64,000 nt of DNA from an uncultured Rhodopirellula sp. (GCA_964007735.1 CAXGAI010000017.1:1-64000), one strand, 5' to 3'. Positions 51,232 to 62,904 are shown, counted from the first letter of the stretch. Translations and numbers: made by a program. The notes: generated from the sequence alone by a model not told the origin.

Positions 51232-51621
51232 ATGCCTCGAAGCAAGACAAAAAAAGATATCGTTAAAACCATTGCCGAAGAATCCGGACTGTCACAGCAA
51301 AGTGCCAAAACTCTCGTTCAAAGGACCTTAAACTCGATCGTTCAGATGCTTGCCGATCATGGCAGAATCGAACTAAGAAACTTCGGTGTTTTTGAATGCA
51401 AAGAACGCAAGGCCAGAGTTGGCAGAAACCCCAAAACAGGTGAACCGGTGGATGTTCCCGCCAAATTTGTTGTCACCTTTAAGCCGGGAAAAGAAATGGA
51501 ACAAAAGATTCGAGAAGCCAACCCTATTGGCTGGAACCTCGAAAGTTTCCAACTGCCACTGGGTGAAATTCCAACACCCTTGGACTCGGATGACTCCGAA
51601 CAATCTCTGCCGCCAATCTAA
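51232..51621 (+). CDS. HU/IHF family DNA-binding protein with a C-terminal extension
   Basis: TKKDIV; RIELRNFGVF; RVGRNPKTGE; FKPGKEM. ATG at 51232 is preferred. Confidence 0.93.
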   Translation: MPRSKTKKDIVKTIAEESGLSQQSAKTLVQRTLNSIVQMLADHGRIELRNFGVFECKERKARVGRNPKTGEPVDVPAKFVVTFKPGKEMEQKIREANPIGWNLESFQLPLGEIPTPLDSDDSEQSLPPI

Positions 51622-51790
51622 TCTCACAAAGTCGTATTGCAAGCCTCCTACTAATTGTGTACTTATACGCGACCGTTCAGTGATTTCGTTATCCACGAAT
51701 AGTCGAAACAATAACCAATCCAGGATTATGGCAATCAATCTGGATAGCTAATCAGGACGATTAGCTCACGACCTTCAAGGAGGATTTACA

Positions 51791-52009
51791 ATGCGACGCA
51801 TGTTTTACGCCGTATTACTTTTCGCCGCACTCAGCACAAGCGTAGGCTGCATTATTCCTGCATTTTCCGGAGACCGGGCCCGCCGTACTCAACAGTTGAT
51901 CTTCACATCTGAAAACCAACGTCAGATTCTGAACTTCTGGGAGCGATTTTGGCACATGGATCAACCGGACCACATGGCTCCTCAGCGCGTCCATGGTGGT
52001 GTTATTTAG
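51791..52009 (+). CDS. Small lipoprotein, probably planctomycete-specific
   Basis: Strong SD AAGGAGG; lipobox-like SVGC; WERFWHMDQPDHMAPQRVHGG. Confidence 0.8.
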   Translation: MRRMFYAVLLFAALSTSVGCIIPAFSGDRARRTQQLIFTSENQRQILNFWERFWHMDQPDHMAPQRVHGGVI

Positions 52010-52198
52010 ATAGCACAATCACCCTTTGCTGAAAACGCGAGCTCTCCTCGGGTGAGCGGAGCGTCCGTATCGACCGTCGCCAACCTACGCAGGAGCGACG
52101 AAACCATGATTGCCATAATTGAGAAACTATCGATGTCAGGTTAGATTACCTTAAGGGGTATTTTCTAACTTTGGCATCGTTTTTTTTGGGCCACAACC

Positions 52199-53134
52199 GT
52201 GACAGAGACTTTAGCGGATTCTAACTTGCAGGTACAACTGGGTAGGCTGACACTTCCCAATCCAATTCTGGTAGCATCCGGAACTTTTGGTTATGCCCGG
52301 GAAATGGAAAAAATTGTTGACCTGTCACGACTTGGGGGAATCGTCCCCAAAACGATAACCACTGAGATGCGAGTAGGAAACTCGCCACATCGTACCGTAG
52401 AGACATCTTCCGGCCTACTGAACTCGATCGGGCTGGATAACGATGGGATAGAGGCCTTCATCTCACACCACCTGCCATACTTAGCTCAACAGCCTGCTCC
52501 ACTTATTGTTAGCATCGCCGGATCGAGTGCTGAAGATTACATTTCACTGGCGTCACGCCTTGCCGAGCACGGCGGTATTGACGCGCTTGAATTAAATATT
52601 TCGTGCCCAAACGTTGCACACGGTGTCGACTTTGGAAGTAACCCGGCTCTCTGTGAAAAAGTTATTAAAGGTGTACGGGATAACTGTGATCTGCCGGTAC
52701 TAGCCAAACTGACCCCTAATGTAACGAGCGTTATAGAGATTGCGGAAGGGGCGGCCAAAGGTGGGGCAGATGCAGTCTGTCTGACAAACACATTGCTCGG
52801 CATGGCGATTGATTGGAAAAAACGCAGGCCAATCCTTGGTAATGACATGGGTGGCCTGAGCGGTCCTGCCATTAAACCCGTCTCGCTTCGATGCGTTTTC
52901 CAGGTAGCGGCTGCCGTTGATATCCCAATCGTTGGCATTGGCGGCATCGCGAACCTTGACGATGTGATGCAATTCCTCGTCGCAGGAGCCTCAGCCGTGC
53001 AAATTGGAACTGCAAATTACTATGCACCAACCATTACAATGAAACTCCTCGACCAACTACCGGGAGCATTGCACGAAATTGGAGCGCGTTCCGTTTCAGA
53101 AATCGTGGGAACGGTCAAATCAAATAAAAGCTAG
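52199..53134 (+). CDS. pyrD: Dihydroorotate dehydrogenase, class 1 catalytic subunit
   Basis: [45 protein letters not shown]. Confidence 0.95.
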   Translation: MTETLADSNLQVQLGRLTLPNPILVASGTFGYAREMEKIVDLSRLGGIVPKTITTEMRVGNSPHRTVETSSGLLNSIGLDNDGIEAFISHHLPYLAQQPAPLIVSIAGSSAEDYISLASRLAEHGGIDALELNISCPNVAHGVDFGSNPALCEKVIKGVRDNCDLPVLAKLTPNVTSVIEIAEGAAKGGADAVCLTNTLLGMAIDWKKRRPILGNDMGGLSGPAIKPVSLRCVFQVAAAVDIPIVGIGGIANLDDVMQFLVAGASAVQIGTANYYAPTITMKLLDQLPGALHEIGARSVSEIVGTVKSNKS

Positions 53135-53171
53135 TTTTTCAAGTGAAGAGACAAGAGTAACCAACATAGCC

Positions 53172-54137
53172 ATGCGAGTACTTTCTGGTATCCAACCAAC
53201 CGGCCGTTTTCACTGGGGTAATTACTTCGGTGCCATTCGCCAATACATCGATCTGCAGACCGCAGACGAAGCATATTATTTCATAGCCAATCTGCATGCC
53301 CTGACAACCATTCGTGATCACGAGCTACTTCAACAGTTAACTTATGAGGCGGCATTGGACTTGTTAGCGTTGGGACTTGATCCTGATCACGCATCCCTAT
53401 TTGTCCAATCGGACATTTCTGAGATTTCAGAACTCACCTGGATCCTCATGACAGGAACTCCTATGGGGTTGCTCGAACGCTGCCATGCCTACAAAGAGAA
53501 AAAAGAAAGAGGAATTAATGCCGATGCCGGTCTGTTCACTTATCCGGTCTTAATGGCAGCAGACATTCTTGGATACGATTCAAATATCGTCCCCGTTGGG
53601 CAAGATCAGGTGCAACACATTGAGGTTGCTCGCGACATCGCTAAAAGCTTCAATCACCACTTTGATGAATGCTTTGTCCTTCCCGAGGCCAAGTTACTTG
53701 ACACCTCCGCCAAAGTTCCCGGCACCGATGGAGAAAAGATGTCTAAGAGCTATGACAATACGATCGAGATTTTCGGAGAAGAGAAAGCGATTCGTAAAAA
53801 AATCATGCGAATTTCCACCGACTCACGCCCCATGGAGGATCCCAAAGAACCTGACGACGACCACCTTTACCAACTCTACAGTCTTTTTGCATCCGACGAG
53901 CAGAAGGAAGAACTCGCGGGCATCTACCGAACAGGTGGCTTCGGTTATGGAGATGTCAAGAAAAAGATCGCCGAAGCAGCCACGGATTACTTTCGTGAGG
54001 CCTGGCAGCGTCGGGCTGACATGCAAAGCAACTCGGGATATGTTCAGGACGTTCTCAATGCGGGAGCAAGCAAGGCCCGTACTAAATGCCGGGAAGTGCT
54101 TGACCGGGTCCAAAAGGCAACAGGGTTGGTGCGATGA
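53172..54137 (+). CDS. trpS: Tryptophan--tRNA ligase
   Basis: [39 protein letters not shown] at 53172 is preferred. Confidence 0.97.
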   Translation: MRVLSGIQPTGRFHWGNYFGAIRQYIDLQTADEAYYFIANLHALTTIRDHELLQQLTYEAALDLLALGLDPDHASLFVQSDISEISELTWILMTGTPMGLLERCHAYKEKKERGINADAGLFTYPVLMAADILGYDSNIVPVGQDQVQHIEVARDIAKSFNHHFDECFVLPEAKLLDTSAKVPGTDGEKMSKSYDNTIEIFGEEKAIRKKIMRISTDSRPMEDPKEPDDDHLYQLYSLFASDEQKEELAGIYRTGGFGYGDVKKKIAEAATDYFREAWQRRADMQSNSGYVQDVLNAGASKARTKCREVLDRVQKATGLVR

Positions 54138-54526
54138 ACGTGATTGGACTGGGAACCGACATTATTGAATGTCTGCGGATCGCCAAAATGATAGAAAAGC
54201 ATGGCGAATTGTTTCTTAATCGCGTTTACACTCAGGCTGAAATTGCATATTGCAGTAGTCGCAAGGGAGCCAGTCAATCTTATGCAGGCCGCTGGGCGGT
54301 CAAAGAATCTGTCCTCAAGGCAATGGGAACAGGCTGGTCCCGCGGGATCCGCTGGAAAGACATCGAAGTCGTAACGGACCTGACAGGTAAACCCAGTGTT
54401 GCCATTCATGGAGTCGCCAAAGAAATCTGTGACGAATTGGGAATCGCAGAGGTATTGATCAGCCTTTCTCACTGCCGGAGTCACGCCACCGCTACCGCGA
54501 TTGCCTTGGGGAATTCTGCCGACTGA
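54134..54526 (+). CDS. acpS: Holo-[ACP] synthase
   Basis: [33 protein letters not shown]. Confidence 0.96.
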   Translation: MNVIGLGTDIIECLRIAKMIEKHGELFLNRVYTQAEIAYCSSRKGASQSYAGRWAVKESVLKAMGTGWSRGIRWKDIEVVTDLTGKPSVAIHGVAKEICDELGIAEVLISLSHCRSHATATAIALGNSAD

Positions 54527-54550
54527 CTCTCGTCGCAAAACCGACCTGTA

Positions 54551-57271
54551 TTAGGCGTTTTCCCGCAGGGGCTCCGGACGATAGCCCGCCTCGACGACCT
54601 CCCCATCTACGGTTTTGACAACCGGCGCTGGGTTCTCCTCTTCATGACGAGCCAATGCTGCCTCCCATTTAGCTCGCACTTCGTCTTCCAAGCCCTTCCA
54701 GGCTCCTCGCCCGCGACACTTCGGATAGCGAGAACACCCAAGCCATGGGCCACGTGCGCCATTCCTTAGATAAAGATTAGCGTCACACTTATTGCACTCA
54801 AGATCCGTTTCCAATGGCCCAACTTTAGGTAAAGTCACGGTACCGTTCTTATCCAGATTCACGATACCATCGCAGTCGGGATACTTCGTGCAACTCAGGA
54901 ACGGTCCAAAACGTCCCGTTCTCTTCAACATCGGAAGGTTGCAGTTAGTACAAGAAATATTTGTTTGTTCGGGATTGATCGGACGTCCTTCGGCATCAAT
55001 TGGAGCCGCATATTTACAGGCATCTCGCATACCAGCCGCAATTTCACCAATACGCTCCTGATGGTCTTTTACTTTGGACCATGTGACCTTTTGTTCACAA
55101 TCAGAGCATGTCAAAAATGGTCTCGACCGGGCAGTCTTCCCTTTATTCACACCCATTTCCTTCGCGCCGCACCCCGGACAGGGAATAGCAATGGGCTCGG
55201 GCTTAACCCGAAAGCCTACACAGCTGAGAAACCGACCATTACGACCAAATCGATACTCCAGACGCTTCCCGCAATCGGGGCATTTATATTCCTCCGGTGC
55301 GAGTTCAGTCTCCGCTTTGGCATGCGTCATCTTTTCAAATGCTGTATCCAACTCCGACTTAAACTTGCCATAGAAGCTGTGCAGAAAGGCTGTCCACTCA
55401 CGGGAACCATCCTCAATCGCATCCAACTCCGATTCCATTTCACGCGTATAGCTAACGTTCATAATCTGCTCAAAACCTTCAAGCAGTTTATCGGTTACGA
55501 CCTCTCCAAGATCCGTTGCGTGGAATCGATTCGTAATTTTCTCCACGTAATTTCGATCCTGAATCACCTTAATGATCGAAGCATAGGTCGATGGACGTCC
55601 AATACCTTCTTCTTCAAGTTTCTTTACCAATGACCCTTCGTTGTATCGTGCCGGGGGCGAGGTAAATTTCTGAGTCGGCTCCACACTAAAGGGAGCGGAC
55701 TCATCCCCCTCAGCCAACTTGGGCAGCGTTTGTTCGTCACTTGCGGTTGGTACACCAGCAACGCGATAAAATCCGTCGAACGCCAGCACTCGACCGGTTG
55801 CCTTCAGTGTAGCCCCCGTCTCTTTATCACTTCGCTTAAATGTTACCGTCGTCGAATCCCATTTAGCATCTGACATTTGGCAGGATACAAAACGATTGTA
55901 GATCAGGGTATAAAGTTTTAACTGATCCGGATCTAATGCTTTTGCCACCTTGGCCGGTGTCCGTGAAACATCGGTCGGACGAATACATTCGTGTGCTTCC
56001 TGCGCATTCTTATTGGTGGAACCGAAAAACTTTGGCTTTTCGGGCAGATAGGATTCACCAAACTCTTTCGAGATATAATCGCGTACTGAATTCAATGCTT
56101 CAGGAGCAACATACGTAGCATCGGTACGCATATAGGTAATCAAACCGACATGGCCTTCACCGGGGATGGCCAAACCTTCATACAATCTCTGAGCCAGATT
56201 CATCGTTCGACTGGCTGTGAAACCCAATGCGTTGGAAGCGGACATCTGCATCGAACTAGTTATAAATGGTGCGTAAGGTCGGCTACTTGTCTGCTTCGTC
56301 TGAATGGAATCAATTGCATATCGAGCCTCGGGATCAACGTCACCCAACACCGAACGCTCAAACATCGCCGGACCTTTACCAGCCGGATCAATCCTGGATT
56401 CCACAGATACATTGACCATCCCGGCAGCTTCGGCCACCTCCGCAATCTGATCCGATAAATCCTGAGGGGAGTCTGCCGGGCATCCCAAACTGAATTTCTC
56501 ACCACCGACCTGAATTAATTCAGTCTTTAAGCTGGCGTGCTCAGCTAACCAGGCATTCTGGCGTTTAATCGTCGGTGCTTTGCCCTTGTCGTCTAGGGTT
56601 CCAATAAATTCAGTCCACTGGTCAACCAATCCTGTCGCTTGAGTCGGGTCTAATGCCAAACGGACGTTTACGTTCCAGGATTCGTCCGGCACATGAGCTC
56701 GAATCTCCCGTTCACGCTCGACAATCAAACGCACGGCGACACTTTGTACGCGCCCAGCGCTCAATCCACCGGCCACCTTCTTCCATAACAATGGCGAAAC
56801 CTGATAACCCACAATTCGGTCAAGAATTCGACGGGCCTGCTGTGCGTTTACTTTGGCAACATCAATTTCACGTGGATTTTGAAAAGCCTGTTGGATAGCG
56901 TCTTTAGTAATGGCGTTAAAAACGACGCGTTTTACCTTTTCCGGCTCGACCTTCATTGCTTCGGCCAGTAGCCAAGCAATCGCCTCCCCTTCTCTGTCGA
57001 GGTCGGTCGCCAACCAAATACCTTCTGATTCCTTAGCCGCTTTCTTCAGTTTGGACAGCGTTTTGTTTTTTCCCTTAATGACTTCATAGCTTGGCTGGAA
57101 GTTATTATCTAAATCAATACCAGGAACAGGGGTCTTAACACCTTTAGGATTTCGTGCGGGCAGGTCTAAAACATGGCCGATACTGGCTTCTACCAAATAA
57201 TCCGGCCCCAAAAACTTGGAGATCGTTTTTACCTTAGCGGGAGACTCGACAATGACTAGATGTTTGGTCAT
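54551..57271 (-). CDS. topA: DNA topoisomerase I (type IA) with C4 zinc ribbons
   Basis: LVIVESPAK; ATDLDREGE; SAGRVQS; ITYMRTD (catalytic Tyr); AQEAHECIRPT; GIGRPSTY; C-terminal Zn ribbons. Confidence 0.97.
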   Translation of the reverse strand: MTKHLVIVESPAKVKTISKFLGPDYLVEASIGHVLDLPARNPKGVKTPVPGIDLDNNFQPSYEVIKGKNKTLSKLKKAAKESEGIWLATDLDREGEAIAWLLAEAMKVEPEKVKRVVFNAITKDAIQQAFQNPREIDVAKVNAQQARRILDRIVGYQVSPLLWKKVAGGLSAGRVQSVAVRLIVEREREIRAHVPDESWNVNVRLALDPTQATGLVDQWTEFIGTLDDKGKAPTIKRQNAWLAEHASLKTELIQVGGEKFSLGCPADSPQDLSDQIAEVAEAAGMVNVSVESRIDPAGKGPAMFERSVLGDVDPEARYAIDSIQTKQTSSRPYAPFITSSMQMSASNALGFTASRTMNLAQRLYEGLAIPGEGHVGLITYMRTDATYVAPEALNSVRDYISKEFGESYLPEKPKFFGSTNKNAQEAHECIRPTDVSRTPAKVAKALDPDQLKLYTLIYNRFVSCQMSDAKWDSTTVTFKRSDKETGATLKATGRVLAFDGFYRVAGVPTASDEQTLPKLAEGDESAPFSVEPTQKFTSPPARYNEGSLVKKLEEEGIGRPSTYASIIKVIQDRNYVEKITNRFHATDLGEVVTDKLLEGFEQIMNVSYTREMESELDAIEDGSREWTAFLHSFYGKFKSELDTAFEKMTHAKAETELAPEEYKCPDCGKRLEYRFGRNGRFLSCVGFRVKPEPIAIPCPGCGAKEMGVNKGKTARSRPFLTCSDCEQKVTWSKVKDHQERIGEIAAGMRDACKYAAPIDAEGRPINPEQTNISCTNCNLPMLKRTGRFGPFLSCTKYPDCDGIVNLDKNGTVTLPKVGPLETDLECNKCDANLYLRNGARGPWLGCSRYPKCRGRGAWKGLEDEVRAKWEAALARHEEENPAPVVKTVDGEVVEAGYRPEPLRENA

Positions 57272-57730
57272 GGGATGAAGTTATAAATGAAAGTTGGTTT
57301 TGTAATAAATCCGCGGATCAACATGTAAAACTACATGTCTAGACTTAAATATCAGCAAAAATTCTGCTCAGCATCATAAGAGTAAAATTCGTCTACACTT
57401 CCGTTGTAATGCCTAGCATCGTCATAAACGGCACTAGTTGAACAAATATGTTCGTTGCCTACTATCGGCGCAACACTCCAAACAACGCTATATTACTAGT
57501 ATCAACAGGAAACATTGGGGTTTATATTTACCTCAAATCGCCCTAAAATTAGTGGTTTACCCGTTTGTGAAAACGGACAGTGGAAGGGAGAAATAAATTT
57601 AGTCGCAACCCCCATCAGGGCTAGATGTCGTGTTGCACTAAGTAATCTCTCCCTAGAGGAATCATTAAGACGTTACTTTTATCTGTCAAGGCAAAATAAA
57701 GCATCTTCACATTGGTGGGATGAACGGATC

Positions 57731-60682
57731 ATGTCAAAAGCAAAACGCCCCAACCGTATTTACGGCCGCGAAAAGAACAAAAAAATCCAGGATTTAAAAC
57801 AGCAGGAGCAAGATAGACGCGATGCGCATATCCAGGAAATGAAAGACAAGGGTACCTATGATGAGGGCCGTGGTATCTTCAATTTCGTTGCGAAGTATAA
57901 AATTGCAACATACTCTGCCCTGACAATCATCGCCGTTCTGGCATTCGTCGTTGGTCCGGCTTACTACGCCGCTATTCAGGGCGGTCCAGGAGGCGGTACG
58001 ATCGACGGAGCTTCTGACGTCCTCGCCACCTGGCGCGGTGGTGAAATCACTCGGGCCGAAGCAATTCGAATGCAGGAAGAGGGTCAACGCCTGCAGTATT
58101 TCTATTCTGAACTCGTGACCAACGCAGTCACCTACAATACAAAAGATTTCATGCAAGGTGAAACGCCTGATTTCAACGCATTTCAAAATGCTCGGATGAA
58201 ACAGCTACAAATCGCCGACCCCTGGCAAATCGCCGGTGCCCCCAGCGATCCTGTCACGGTTAAATTCCTCTCGACGATCGCCTATAAGCATGGCATGGGA
58301 ATCACCACCGAAGCTATTGTTGAGCACATCGATGAAAATCTCTACAAGTTCAACACGACGGAACAAATCAAATCAGCCAAAGAATCTGCATTTGGGGAAC
58401 AACTCACCATCGACGAAATCGCTGAAAAGTTAATCCCCTATGTGTCTGCCCGTAAACTACAGCGTTTGGCAGATACCGGCATTCCGCTAACCCCTAACAT
58501 CTCAGACCGCGCAGTCACTCACAAACTGTTGACCGAAAAACATCAGTTTGAAATCGTCGAGATGCCTGTCAACCTAAGTGAAACAAGCGAACCTTCGGAT
58601 GGTGAACTCAAAGAAACATTCGACGCGTTGAACGAATATTTTGTCGACGAAACGGGCTTAAATTCAATCTATAACAACCAGGGCAGGCTTAATATCCTTG
58701 AAATTAACAACCAAGGATTCCACGCATTTGGTATTCGCACCCCCCGTAAGTTCGGCTATCAATATGTCGCCTTCAACGAAGACGCCTATGACCGCCTCGC
58801 TCAGGTCCAACTTGAAGCAAGTGTTACCGAAGAAGAGTTAAAAAACTATTACGAAACCAATATCGAACAGTACGTTGCTCCTGATGAAATTCTAGATCAA
58901 TTAGAAAAAGAAGCGGACGAAAGCCCAGCACCCGCAGAATCATCTAGTGAAACCGAAGAGGAAGATACTGATGATGAGGCCGCAGGTACTGAAGATGATC
59001 CGGCAGCCGAGGAAAGCAAAAAAGAAAATGAAGAAGAAGCCGATGACTGCTTAGTATTGTTCCAGGATCAAGAGGAAAAGACACCCGAAGAAAAGCCTGC
59101 GAATTCAGAGGTGAAAGCTACCGACGCCTCCCCGTCTGATTCTGCCGAAGAAAACGGGGACAAAGAGGACATGGAAGATAACGAAACCCCGGCAGAACCA
59201 GTCGAAGATCTCTCAGTTCTGGACACTCCGATTCCCCTTGAACCTAATATCGTGCCGGAACCACCCAAAACCTACAAACCCTTTGAGGAGGTTAAGGAAG
59301 AAGTCCGTGATGAATTTATTCGAACATCAAAATTTGAAAAGAAGAAGCAATTACTGGATGCTGACAAACTAAAACTGACCGAAGCGATGAATGCATTCGC
59401 TAGTGCAGAGGATGGAAACAATCAGACACAAATAGAGAAACTAGCCAAGGCATTAGACCAAAATGAAGCGAAAGATGCTGAGAAGATCAGAGCGGCGGCT
59501 GAAGCCGAAATAACTCGACTCTTGGCTGAAATCAACAAGTCCGCGGAAGGTGTGATGACGGAGAATACTGAAAATGAAGACTCTGTGGAAGCAGAACAAA
59601 TCGTACTTGTTGTCAGTGGCCAGACTGATCAGCCGATTTCTGCTGCCTATGGCCAAGCTATTGCAGGACGCAATCCCGATGCCGTTGATTTCGGTTTGCC
59701 ATGGGATGATTCAACCCCATCCTGGGTAAAACTAGTACGGACGGGTTATAAAGCTCACGGTGGTCCGGGAACTTCATCAGACAGCGAGCTCTTTTTGGAT
59801 AATGATCTGTTAGCACCGCACGAGACAGACTCCTACCAGAGTCATACCTATATCTTCTGGCAAGTGATACAAACGAAAGAATCTGATTTTAATGCCGGAC
59901 TAGAGAACGCTGACATCCGCAAAAACACCATTCAAAGCTGGAAAAAGCGAACGGCTCTGGGTGATACTCAGGAGCTCGCTCGAGGGAAGGCTGAGGACTA
60001 TCCGGATGGGGTGGATAAATCTCTCAAAGACTTATTATCGCCCAGCGAAAATGAGGCCTATGACCACTACACGACATTCCCAACCAGTATGTTCACACTT
60101 TCCCAATTCAATCTACAACAAGGCGGGGTTGAATTAGCGTCGCTACAGAAGTCGGAAGTAGTTACCGAAATAATTGAGACACCACAACCGGAGCTTGATA
60201 CCGAAGGCGCTGATTCTGAAAACCAAGGTGAATCGACTGACAACACCGAAGAGCCGGCCCCGATTGAACGAAAAGAGCTACGACCGACAGTTACCATATC
60301 TGATATCGACGATTTATCTAAAATCGAGATGTTTCAATCCATGCAGGTAAACACTGCACGAGCATTTACTGCTACCACGGGAAATAAGGTCTACGTCATT
60401 CGCAAAATGGAATATAGCCCCTCGGCGAACGACCCTTCATTGCCAATGAACTTTTTCGCCCCGGCTGAATTCGGACAGTTGGTACGCTATCTGGCAGATG
60501 GTCGGGTCCCAGCCATGGGTGGTATGGGAAGTATTACCATGGGGCCAACGGCTTTAGCGACCGACAACATGTATCGCTCACAACAAGGTGGAGGAATCGT
60601 CACCCAATTATCACGTGGGTTTATTGCTCTGTTACAAAAAGAATATGACTACAAGATCCCGCAGGCACCCACGGATCAGTAG
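57731..60682 (+). CDS. Large acidic membrane-anchored protein, possibly PpiD/SurA-like
   Basis: Single N-terminal TM helix; [17 protein letters not shown] and [11 protein letters not shown] resemble PpiD/SurA segments; long E/D-rich linker. ATG at 57731 is preferred over TTG at 57515. Confidence 0.7.
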   Translation: MSKAKRPNRIYGREKNKKIQDLKQQEQDRRDAHIQEMKDKGTYDEGRGIFNFVAKYKIATYSALTIIAVLAFVVGPAYYAAIQGGPGGGTIDGASDVLATWRGGEITRAEAIRMQEEGQRLQYFYSELVTNAVTYNTKDFMQGETPDFNAFQNARMKQLQIADPWQIAGAPSDPVTVKFLSTIAYKHGMGITTEAIVEHIDENLYKFNTTEQIKSAKESAFGEQLTIDEIAEKLIPYVSARKLQRLADTGIPLTPNISDRAVTHKLLTEKHQFEIVEMPVNLSETSEPSDGELKETFDALNEYFVDETGLNSIYNNQGRLNILEINNQGFHAFGIRTPRKFGYQYVAFNEDAYDRLAQVQLEASVTEEELKNYYETNIEQYVAPDEILDQLEKEADESPAPAESSSETEEEDTDDEAAGTEDDPAAEESKKENEEEADDCLVLFQDQEEKTPEEKPANSEVKATDASPSDSAEENGDKEDMEDNETPAEPVEDLSVLDTPIPLEPNIVPEPPKTYKPFEEVKEEVRDEFIRTSKFEKKKQLLDADKLKLTEAMNAFASAEDGNNQTQIEKLAKALDQNEAKDAEKIRAAAEAEITRLLAEINKSAEGVMTENTENEDSVEAEQIVLVVSGQTDQPISAAYGQAIAGRNPDAVDFGLPWDDSTPSWVKLVRTGYKAHGGPGTSSDSELFLDNDLLAPHETDSYQSHTYIFWQVIQTKESDFNAGLENADIRKNTIQSWKKRTALGDTQELARGKAEDYPDGVDKSLKDLLSPSENEAYDHYTTFPTSMFTLSQFNLQQGGVELASLQKSEVVTEIIETPQPELDTEGADSENQGESTDNTEEPAPIERKELRPTVTISDIDDLSKIEMFQSMQVNTARAFTATTGNKVYVIRKMEYSPSANDPSLPMNFFAPAEFGQLVRYLADGRVPAMGGMGSITMGPTALATDNMYRSQQGGGIVTQLSRGFIALLQKEYDYKIPQAPTDQ

Positions 60683-60699
60683 AGCAGAGAAAGAATAAC

Positions 60700-61299
60700 A
60701 TGATTGGTAAGCGGATCTTAATGTTGGTAGGTGACTTCGTCGAAGATTACGAAGCGATGGTGCCTTTCCAAATGCTGCTAATGGTGGGACATCATGTCGA
60801 CACATGCTGCCCTGACAAGTCTGCCGGTGATACGGTTAAAACGGCTATTCACGATTTCGAAGGGGACCAGACTTACTCCGAAAAGGTCGGGCATAACTTT
60901 GGAATCACCATTGATTTCTCTGAAGCTATCAACAAAGACTATGATGCCCTCGTGATTCCCGGTGGCCGAGCCCCGGAATACCTGCGACTTGACCAACGAG
61001 TATTGGACCTTGTTCGTCGTTATAACGATGCTGCAAAGCCTATCGCTGCCATTTGTCACGGAGCCCAGATTCTGGCCACGGCTGGCATTCTTAACGGACG
61101 TAGCATTAGCTGCTATCCAGCGGTGGCACCAGAAGTCACCCTCAGTGGCGGAACGTACATTGAAACGGCTGCCACTTTCGACAATGCCCATATTGATGGC
61201 AATCTTGTCACTGCTCCAGCCTGGCCGGCACATCCGGCGTGGATCTCCAGCCTCCTGAAAGTACTCAACCAACAAGATTCGGCGGATGCTTCGGAATAA
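60700..61299 (+). CDS. DJ-1/PfpI family protein
   Basis: [54 protein letters not shown]. Confidence 0.93.
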   Translation: MIGKRILMLVGDFVEDYEAMVPFQMLLMVGHHVDTCCPDKSAGDTVKTAIHDFEGDQTYSEKVGHNFGITIDFSEAINKDYDALVIPGGRAPEYLRLDQRVLDLVRRYNDAAKPIAAICHGAQILATAGILNGRSISCYPAVAPEVTLSGGTYIETAATFDNAHIDGNLVTAPAWPAHPAWISSLLKVLNQQDSADASE

Positions 61300-61337
61300 A
61301 CGTCTGGTAACGCTCACTGCTTATTGAAAGTGACCAC

Positions 61338-61955
61338 ATGGGCCTTCCCATCATTCTTACTGTCGTTGCGGGTATTCTCTTCCTCACGATTACGTTTTAT
61401 ATTATTGCCCGGAAGAACGAAACGACGCCTTACCACGCAGACCCGTCTGCCTGGCTGCAGCCACCTATTGCTAAAGAGCCTGACTTACCTCCAGCCTCCA
61501 CAACAGCACCTGACTATCGAGTGCAGGTCAACGAATTTGAGCAATCTCGTAAGGTTCTAGAGGAAACGTTCTTCAAGGTCTGCAGTGAATCAGGTCGTCC
61601 CCGGGGACTGCGTTGGAAAACCTGTGATTTTGAAAGCACCATGTTGTTTGTTGTCGAAAATCACTCCCTAAATCTTCATGCACTGGTACCGGTGGTCATT
61701 AGCTTCGAAGCCATTGAGGGAGGGCCCATGGAAGACATGGAGGCTGTTAGCAACCTACGTGTCGGCTCCGCCTTATTTGTTCATACGGGAGACAACTGGG
61801 CCACGCGCGGGGATGTTATCTATAACCTATCCCCTGATGAAGCCTTTCAGCGTTACGCCCCGAATTACACCGCATTTGATGTGGATTCGCTAAACACCAA
61901 GTCAGAGTCGAGCACTCAATCTGAAACACTGCCTGATCAGGAAGAAGAAGCATGA
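61338..61955 (+). CDS. Hypothetical membrane-anchored protein
   Basis: N-terminal TM helix; SGRPRGLRW..C.F and FEAIEGGPMEDMEAVSNLR; stop overlaps the nfo start (ATGA). Confidence 0.75.
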   Translation: MGLPIILTVVAGILFLTITFYIIARKNETTPYHADPSAWLQPPIAKEPDLPPASTTAPDYRVQVNEFEQSRKVLEETFFKVCSESGRPRGLRWKTCDFESTMLFVVENHSLNLHALVPVVISFEAIEGGPMEDMEAVSNLRVGSALFVHTGDNWATRGDVIYNLSPDEAFQRYAPNYTAFDVDSLNTKSESSTQSETLPDQEEEA

Positions 61956-62821
61956 CAATTCTTGGAGCCCACATGTCCATCGCAGGTGGTTATTACAAGG
62001 CTATCGCCAGCGGCGCTCAGGAAACCTGTGACTGTGTTCAACTCTTCACTAAGAACAATAACCAGTGGAAAGCAAAGCTGATTACGGACGAAGATGTTGA
62101 GCGATTTCATGAACAACTCGATACCCACAATATCACGCATACGTTATCGCACGCATCCTACCTGATTAACATGGGATCTCCGAAAGACGAGCTTTGGAGA
62201 AAATCCATCGATGCATTCATCATCGAATTACAACGCGCCGATCAACTACGAATCCCCTACGTTGTTATTCACCCCGGTTCGTTTACCACAAGTACGGAAG
62301 CGGAGGGGATAAGTCGAATTGCCGAAGCCTTAAACGAAGTCCATCGTCAGACGAAAGGGATCTCCAGTCAGTGTTTACTGGAAACTACTGCTGGTCAGGG
62401 AACCAACCTTGGCTGGAACTTCGAACAACTGGCAGAAATGATTGAACAGTGTCAAAATCCTGATCTCGTCGGCATCTGTGCTGATACATGTCACATGTTT
62501 GCAGCAGGATATAATTTGTGTGACGAAGCGTCATACCACGATATCTGGGAAACATTCGATAAGCTGATTGGTCTGGAAAAGATGAAAGCCTTCCATCTCA
62601 ACGACAGTAAAAAGGAATTTGCCAGTCGCAAAGATCGGCATGAACATATTGGCCTTGGGCATATGGGCCTCGCCCCTTTCAGATTTCTGGTTAATGATCC
62701 TCGGTTCGACGATGTCCCCATGTATCTGGAAACCGCTAAAGGGGATGCGGATGGTGAATACGAGGGAATAAGTTGGGATGCTGCTAATCTGAAGGTACTG
62801 CGTGGGCTAATCGAGAGTTAG
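61952..62821 (+). CDS. nfo: Endonuclease IV
   Basis: LGAHMSIAGG; HASYLIN; HPG; LETTAGQG; DTCH; HLNDSK; DRHEHIG. Confidence 0.97.
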   Translation: MTILGAHMSIAGGYYKAIASGAQETCDCVQLFTKNNNQWKAKLITDEDVERFHEQLDTHNITHTLSHASYLINMGSPKDELWRKSIDAFIIELQRADQLRIPYVVIHPGSFTTSTEAEGISRIAEALNEVHRQTKGISSQCLLETTAGQGTNLGWNFEQLAEMIEQCQNPDLVGICADTCHMFAAGYNLCDEASYHDIWETFDKLIGLEKMKAFHLNDSKKEFASRKDRHEHIGLGHMGLAPFRFLVNDPRFDDVPMYLETAKGDADGEYEGISWDAANLKVLRGLIES

Positions 62822-62904
62822 TTGATTACCCTTTAACGAATACAGCCCCTATAATTCAGTTAGTAAAAACCACACTGCCCTCCCTAGCATAAGTAGAGTC
62901 TGTC

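Noticed and set aside
52045..52101. Hairpins between the lipoprotein gene and pyrD as a PyrR-type attenuator
   Set aside because: The stems are short (for example cgtcgc/gcgacg), with no PyrR-binding consensus and no adjacent U-tract.
56320..56670. TopA insertion as an intein
   Set aside because: There is no N-terminal Cys/Ser block, no C-terminal His-Asn and no endonuclease motif.
57440..57453. Palindrome GAACAAATATGTTC upstream of topA as a LexA box
   Set aside because: The GAAC-N6-GTTC spacing does not fit the GAAC-N4-GTTC box, and it occurs only once.
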